Position numbers and translations under genes: made by a program | In this document: positions 58,951 through 64,000 of the stretch, piece by piece | Position numbering within the stretch: position 1 is the stretch's first letter | How the letters are laid out: each line of letters starts with the position of its first letter | The notes under the pieces: model-generated | Databases searched by the model: none | What the model was told of the DNA's origin: nothing | What the model saw: only the letters and a program-made list of their open reading frames with translations | Origin: Nitrospirota bacterium | GTDB lineage: Bacteria; Nitrospirota; Nitrospiria; SBBL01; JAADHI01 | NCBI GenBank assembly: GCA_029261165.1 | Contig: JAJDBV010000045.1 | Coordinates: 13,271-77,270 of the forward strand | Reading direction: 5' to 3' | Length of the DNA: 64,000 nt

Positions 58951-59748
58951 CTATTCAAAAATCCCTTTAAAAAAAGTCTGTGTGCGTTGCCAGGAGTCTT
59001 TGTCCGCAGTTGCATCATAGACCAATGGCAATGAAAACTTCTTTCCTTTTTCGGCAGCACCCGGAACGGTGAAGCTGTGTTTGACTCCGGGATAACTTTT
59101 GAGTTCGAAATCGACACCTGCTTCGGTCATGGACTTCACAAAGGCCTGTAAGGACTCCATCGAGACAAATGGATCAGCGCCCCCGGTAAAGGCGAGTACT
59201 TTTGCCTTTACCGGTTTGGGCAGGGAAGGCGTCTGGGTGGCGAATGCAAAGCTGCCGTGAAAACTGACCACCCCATTCAAACCGACAACCCCTGTTCGGG
59301 CCATGTGCATCACGATGCCGCCGCCCATGCAATACCCGATTGCGGCAATATTTTTAGGGTCCACTGTTTTTTGTTCCAATAAAATCTCATAGGCTGCTTT
59401 AAAGCGTTTTTCGGCTTCAGGAAGTTGGCCGACGGCAGCTTTCATAAACTTTTTTGCATCTTCGGGATGTTTGGCCAACTTGCCGGTGCCATACATATCC
59501 AGAGCGAATGCGGTGTAGCCTAATTTTGCCAGCATGTTCGCTCGTGTTCGGGCATAGTCATCATGCCCCCACCATTCATGCACGACAAGAATACCTGGGC
59601 GTTTCCCGGAGATGGCATCATCAAAGGCCAGGTAGCCTGTAAATTCGTTTTCGCCCACCTTGTATTTAATTTCTTTCGTCTGAAGTGCAGCTTGGGCCTC
59701 GAGGCTAAAAAAGGACAACAAGATCATAACCACCAATATTTTTTTCAC
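58951..59748 (-). CDS. Secreted dienelactone hydrolase-family protein
   Basis: 'PGILVVHEWWGHDDYARTRANMLAKLGYTAFALDMYG', nucleophile region 'IGYCMGGG', and 'FHGS'. GTG start at 59748, preceded by AAGGAG. Confidence 0.8.
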   Translation of the reverse strand: MKKILVVMILLSFFSLEAQAALQTKEIKYKVGENEFTGYLAFDDAISGKRPGILVVHEWWGHDDYARTRANMLAKLGYTAFALDMYGTGKLAKHPEDAKKFMKAAVGQLPEAEKRFKAAYEILLEQKTVDPKNIAAIGYCMGGGIVMHMARTGVVGLNGVVSFHGSFAFATQTPSLPKPVKAKVLAFTGGADPFVSMESLQAFVKSMTEAGVDFELKSYPGVKHSFTVPGAAEKGKKFSLPLVYDATADKDSWQRTQTFFKGIFE

Positions 59749-59898
59749 TTGAGGGCTCCTTTCGTTCACTGTAAAAATAGTAGGCCATTCTCTCAATATG
59801 CGCCTTGAATCTGATCAGACTGAGAACGACAATGAGGCTTTATTTTAAGTTGAACACACATAGAGAGTCAAACCCCGCCCTTTTAGGATGGTGTTCTT

Positions 59899-59940
59899 TA
59901 AACAAAAAGATCCCAGGCCGCGTTTGCCGCCTGGGATCTT
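59899..59940 (-). terminator. Rho-independent terminator of the OMP gene
   Basis: Minus strand: AAGATCCCAGG-N12-CCTGGGATCTT followed by TTTGTTT. It lies 30 nt after the stop at 59972. Confidence 0.75.
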
Positions 59941-59971
59941 AAAGGTATATTTTGCCCTTTTGGTTATCGTA

Positions 59972-60772
59972 TTAAAATGTCCAATTGAGACCGAGGCTTA
60001 ATGCCGACTCATCAACAAACCTGAACTCAATGTTTGCACTTAATCCGGGCTTCAAGACAACGTCTGTTCCGACAAAGAGTCCGATATTGCCGTCTGCCTT
60101 GTGTTCTTCGTGAAATGTATCAGCCAGAAGCGATCTGTCAATCTCCACATTTAATTCCGAAAATTTCAACCCGCCGTAGGGCGTCCACATATCGAATGTC
60201 TTTGCCGCAAAGAGGGCAAGCTGAACCTCCTGAACCGTGGCTTCAGCAGTTCCTAATAGAACACCATCTTCTGTGTAAGCGCCCTCAACTTCAGACTGGA
60301 ATAAGTGGAGATTAGAATAGACTTGGTAGCCCTCCACATTCGCAATTGCTGCCTTCAAGCCAAGGCCGTAAGCCAAGTCTGAATCGCCGCTAAAACTGAT
60401 GGCTTCAGGGACACCCAGTTCAATCACTTGATAGGAAAAATCAGCGTCAGCAAACCCAAGCTGAACGAAAGCATCCATCCAGTCAGTCAGCCCAAACGAT
60501 CCCCTCAACATTATCCGTGACGACTCAAAACTGCCCCCCGTGATACTATTCCCAAGCGCCAGGAATGGTTCTGTCCCTCCCCCCTCGAGAATAATTCCAC
60601 TATCAAATTGCATATCTCTCTCCGACTCAGAATCATACTCAAAGCCGAGTGACATCTTTCCGTATTCTCCCTGGACTCCCGCACCGTTGTTCACTCTGGC
60701 TGCATGACTCATAGAATGAAAAGCTAAAATAGTGATAATTGTAAGGGTCAAACTTTTAATGACTTTATTCAT
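59972..60772 (-). CDS. Outer-membrane beta-barrel protein
   Basis: Signal peptide 'LTLTIITILAFHSMSHA', alternating strands, C-terminal 'LSLGLNWTF'. Confidence 0.6.
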   Translation of the reverse strand: MNKVIKSLTLTIITILAFHSMSHAARVNNGAGVQGEYGKMSLGFEYDSESERDMQFDSGIILEGGGTEPFLALGNSITGGSFESSRIMLRGSFGLTDWMDAFVQLGFADADFSYQVIELGVPEAISFSGDSDLAYGLGLKAAIANVEGYQVYSNLHLFQSEVEGAYTEDGVLLGTAEATVQEVQLALFAAKTFDMWTPYGGLKFSELNVEIDRSLLADTFHEEHKADGNIGLFVGTDVVLKPGLSANIEFRFVDESALSLGLNWTF

Positions 60773-61028
60773 TCTGAACTTGCCTCCACTGATTAAATTT
60801 GTGAGCCCCAGATCTGTCTTAAGAAATGTGAGACTTTCACTTGTTGTTGATGAGTCAATGCACCTTTTATGCCATTCATATAACCGATTGATTTAAAACA
60901 AATAATCGTATTGGGGTTCCTCATTAAGTGATTAATTATTAGCATGACAACCATCATGGAGATATGCAGATATCCTATTGAAATATAAAGAAATATTTAT
61001 GATATTTGATTTAAATATGGTGGAATAG

Positions 61029-61610
61029 AGGGTGGGGGATTTCACGCATACTGAGGTGCCCTTCCGCTACTTCAGGTGGATCATCAATGCAAGGGAGGAA
61101 TTCAAAAGATTCTTGGCCGAAAAGCCAGAAACCCTAACCGACGTCCAGCGGGCCGTCCGGTTCTACTACCTGTTGAGATCCGGATAAGGGGCCAAGATTA
61201 CCGGCCAGACCTTCAACGTCAACACCACCCGGAGGCCGAACATCAACCTCCTGAGAATAGAAGAAGAACTCTCCGCCGCCCACATGAGACTGAGCAGCGT
61301 CTATATAGAGAACATGCCCTATGAGCGCCTGACAAAAAGATTTGACAAGCTCCACACCTCCTTCTACATCGACCCATCATATTACGGCTGCGAAAACGAC
61401 TACGGAAAAGGCGTGTTCGAAAGGGAGGATTTCCCCCGTTTAAACACGATTTTAAGAACGATTAAAGGCAAGTTTATAATGTCATTAAACGACACAAAAC
61501 AAACCAGAGAACTCTTCAAAGGCTTCAAAATAGAGAAGGTACAGACGACCTATAATGTGTCCGCAGAAAAGAAGAAAAAGGTAGGCGAACTCCTGATCAG
61601 GAATTTTTAA
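61029..61610 (+). pseudogene. Remnant of a Dam-type (D12 class) N6-adenine DNA methyltransferase: N-terminally truncated, with an in-frame TAA
   Basis: One frame reads 'TLTDVQRAVRFYYLLRSG*GAKITGQTFNV...LLRIEEELSAAHMRLSSVYIENMPYE...SFYIDPSYYG', with DPSY in place of DPPY. The stop is at 61185-61187. The N-terminal SAM-binding region is absent (the frame is closed at 61026-61028). Confidence 0.7.
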
Positions 61611-61720
61611 CTGGAAATCATACAAATACCGTGTTATCAAGTCAGTGTAATTCTTAGGAATTCGAGGAAAGTGGAAACCATCCAACAGCTTATTATCCGT
61701 CACCTGGGGAGCGGTATCCC

Positions 61721-62644
61721 ATGCCCAATCTTCGCGAAAAAAGGTCTCGACCGGGATTCGTACTTACCGCACTGTCTGTTCTAGTTCCAATGGTAATTTT
61801 TTTCCTGAATCTCTATTTAAGCCAACGAACAAAAGAGATTTCCATAGGAATTGTCGCGCGGTCACCTCTTGTTGCTCGTGGCGAAACTGATCTCAGTGAC
61901 TTCGAACTTATTTTCCAGGGGAAGAAGGTTGAGAGGGTAGAATCCCTTACGTTACAGTTCGAGAATTCAGGCGATATTTCTATAGAGAGGGAAGATTTCG
62001 ATGGAGACATCGTAGCTGAGTTTGGGGAGAAAGCGCGTGTCCTATCGGCAAGTCTGTCGGAAGCAGCCCCGGCAAGCCTTAATCCTAGCTTCTTTAGTGA
62101 TCCTAACACCCTATTTCTACGACCATTACTCTTAAACCCAGGAGACCGTTTCTCTCTTTCCTTGTTGATCTCTGGTCAGCCTTCAGAACCAAAGATTAGG
62201 GCACGTATCTCGGGCATACGACGTGTCTCTCTCCTTGGTCCGAAACCAGATAAAACGTTTCTCCGCGCTTTTATTTCCGGTGTGGCTGGCTTTGTTGCGC
62301 TTTTTCTTCATTTCTATCTTATGGGGTTTTTTTTTCAAGGTTTTTCAAAAGATATAAAATTCTCCTCCATGCTCAAGTGGATACCGCTGGGCCACGCGGC
62401 ATCCGTGCCCTCCATAGTTTTACTTGTATTATCGGCCGGATATCTAGAGATTTCAGGTCTTCAGAGTCTTTTGATTTTACTAGGGATGATAGTGCTCTGC
62501 TCGCCTGGGATATTTGTTGGTATTCGGCACAGATATCGCCTCTACTGTTCGTTCGTTGATGACATTAGTTCTCAGGCAGAGACGGAAGGTGACACCGGGC
62601 ATTATGACCTGACAAAGGGGGGCACTCCTCCTGTGGATAACTAG
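61721..62644 (+). CDS. Orphan membrane protein (1 N-terminal TM, soluble beta-rich domain, about 3 C-terminal TMs)
   Basis: 307 aa. 'FVLTALSVLVPMVIFFLNLYL', later 'FISGVAGFVALFLHFYLMGFFF', 'VPSIVLLVLSAGYL' and 'LLILLGMIVLCSPGIFVG'. No family recognised. Confidence 0.5.
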   Translation: MPNLREKRSRPGFVLTALSVLVPMVIFFLNLYLSQRTKEISIGIVARSPLVARGETDLSDFELIFQGKKVERVESLTLQFENSGDISIEREDFDGDIVAEFGEKARVLSASLSEAAPASLNPSFFSDPNTLFLRPLLLNPGDRFSLSLLISGQPSEPKIRARISGIRRVSLLGPKPDKTFLRAFISGVAGFVALFLHFYLMGFFFQGFSKDIKFSSMLKWIPLGHAASVPSIVLLVLSAGYLEISGLQSLLILLGMIVLCSPGIFVGIRHRYRLYCSFVDDISSQAETEGDTGHYDLTKGGTPPVDN

Positions 62645-63239
62645 CCACTAAGGAGGAAGTTTCCCACGTAAAGAAGCAATCTACGGGGGTCTCTCCGTGG
62701 AACACTTTTCTCAAACTCAATGTCCGGCTACAGCTAGATTTACACTTCCTTTCTGCAATATTATCCTTGACACAATATCTTGTGTGAAAAGAAAGAAGGT
62801 CCCAATGATCATTATTTGGGCAAAGTGTTGATCTGCCTGAATGACAAGGGAGAAGTGGTGGTCAGGCAGGCAGACCCACAGCATATCAACAGTAATTGTG
62901 GATAAATTAATCAGGCATTTTGAGAGGTAAAATTTAGAATTAGTATAACATTATCATAGTTTTACAAGGTAAATGGACCTTAAATATCTCTAATTGATCG
63001 AAATGACCTTCACTTTCTAAACAAGTTGATATTAATCAATGCATTACGGCAATAAGATCATAGAGTCCTTCGATTGATCCGGTAAAAATTATAAAAAGAT
63101 CGGTCCGAGATCGCTTGGTCTGAAGCATGGGGTTGACCCGAAAATTGATTGAGTTATACAATGGAACATCGTTCATAAAAGTTCCGATTGGGATGTCAGT
63201 GGGTCATATAAGGAAGTTTCTAATCAAAGGGAGGTCGTC

Positions 63240-63662
63240 ATGATGAAGGTGGGCTTTTTGATCTTGGTGATATCTGCACTTTTCTTCCCATTTTCGGCGC
63301 TTGCACGCACATCCTCTCCGGAGGGTGCACTTGTCTATATCATATCTCCTGCGGACGGGGAGGGGGTCCGTAGCCCGGTTATCATCAAATTTGGTTTGCA
63401 GGGGATGGGCGTTGCTCCAGCGGGAGTTGATATGAAAAACACGGGTCATCACCACTTGCTCATCGATACAAGACGCTTTCCTTCCCTGGATAAACCGATC
63501 CCGTCAGACAAGCGCCACAAACACTTCGGAAAGGGGCAGACAGAGACCACTCTGGAGTTGTCACCCGGCGTACATACCCTTCAACTTGTCTTCGGCGATA
63601 AGGCGCATATCTCTTTTGATCCGCCACTGCTATCTGGGAAAATCACGATTCTGGTGAAGTGA
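63240..63662 (+). CDS. DUF4399-family secreted protein
   Basis: Signal peptide. 'VIIKFGLQGMGVAPAG......GHHHLLID' and 'HFGKGQTETTLELSPGVHTLQLVFGD' are typical of DUF4399. RBS AAGGGAGG. Confidence 0.7.
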   Translation: MMKVGFLILVISALFFPFSALARTSSPEGALVYIISPADGEGVRSPVIIKFGLQGMGVAPAGVDMKNTGHHHLLIDTRRFPSLDKPIPSDKRHKHFGKGQTETTLELSPGVHTLQLVFGDKAHISFDPPLLSGKITILVK

Positions 63663-63863
63663 CTGTTAGCGTATTATTTTTGATATGCTGATTGTGACAG
63701 AAAAGGCAGGAAGCCAGGCGTTTGGGTCTCTTCTTCCTTCTGTGTTGTTTTGAAAAACCCCGCCCAAGAAATGCTCGGTCATGCACAGGAAGGTGCGCGT
63801 GTCTAAACGACTGTGATGTGGTAGAGTTGTCGAATCTTGGAAGACAAGAACAGGACGCGTTCT

Positions 63864-64000
63864 ATGACCATACAGATCATCGTGATTTTATTTTTCGGCG
63901 TAGGTCTGCCAATGTATGCCTTCTTAACCGGGGTGTACTATATTAAAAAAAACAAGGTAAGTGAAGATAGAATTAATCGCGTTGCCACCCAAGTGATTGA
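63864..64000 (+). CDS. Partial ORF (N-terminal TM segment) running off the 3' edge
   Basis: The ATG at 63864 opens 'MTIQIIVILFFGVGLPMYAFLTGVYYIKKNK...', which stays open to the end of the window. There is no family call, and it is too short to judge. Confidence 0.3.
   Translation, partial: MTIQIIVILFFGVGLPMYAFLTGVYYIKKNKVSEDRINRVATQVI

Noticed and set aside
63133-63160. TTGACC-N16-TATACA as a sigma-70 promoter for the DUF4399 gene.
   Set aside because: It is plausible but unremarkable. Several equally good matches exist in this AT-rich spacer, so it is not reported as a feature.

Overview
The window is mostly one flagellar and chemotaxis supercluster from a diderm, non-enteric bacterium. 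FlgH and FlgI L/P-ring genes are present, there is a CsrA-FliW pair, and both sigma-54-type and sigma-28-type promoters can be read. All calls come from reading ORF translations and DNA motifs by eye; no searches were run, so family names are motif-based inferences.

Layout:
- Plus strand, 1-17.5 kb: flhG (5' truncated), fliA, a DUF454/YbaN-like gene, a soluble globin-coupled MCP, then cheA-cheW-(orphan OMP-like gene)-cheY-cheB-cheR-cheY-pilZ-cheZ-motA-(motB-like)-motB. A c-di-GMP block follows: an EAL+HDOD protein, an EAL-only paralog, a small ORF, a stand-alone HDOD protein and a degenerate-receiver GGDDF protein.
- Minus strand, 17.6-51.3 kb: a PAS/HAMP MCP; a sigma-28-driven operon (small protein, receiver, GGDEF cyclase, PilZ with an insertion); fliT-fliS-fliD; flaG; flagellin; fliW; csrA; a roughly 13-kb CDP-sugar modification island; then flgL-flgK-flgN-flgM-(rod-binding flgJ-like)-flgI-flgH-flgA-flgG-flgF.
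- 51.8-64 kb: an OB-like hypothetical, a SpmA/SpmB-like membrane protein, a TetR + RND/MMPL + LolA-like + OMP set, a dienelactone hydrolase, a beta-barrel OMP, and an AT-rich accessory patch holding a decayed Dam-type methylase remnant and an orphan membrane protein.

The CDP-sugar island starts with rfbF and ends in a TPR-GT41-FkbM fusion protein. It is wedged into the conserved flgKL / csrA-fliW / fliC block and is preceded by a near-consensus sigma-54 promoter.

Most interesting observations:
- The methylation-heavy, CDP-based putative flagellin glycosylation island. Its committed 4,6-dehydratase gene carries a frameshift plus an in-frame TGA.
- The FlmG-like multidomain transferase at the end of that island.
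- c-di-GMP modules wired into both the che/mot operon and a sigma-28 operon.
- A MotB-like paralog lacking the proton-binding Asp.
- A flagellin 5' leader with three GGA sites next to csrA-fliW.
- An unexplained nested inverted repeat with a plus-strand terminator signature.

No rRNA, tRNA, CRISPR array, transposase or integrase was recognised.
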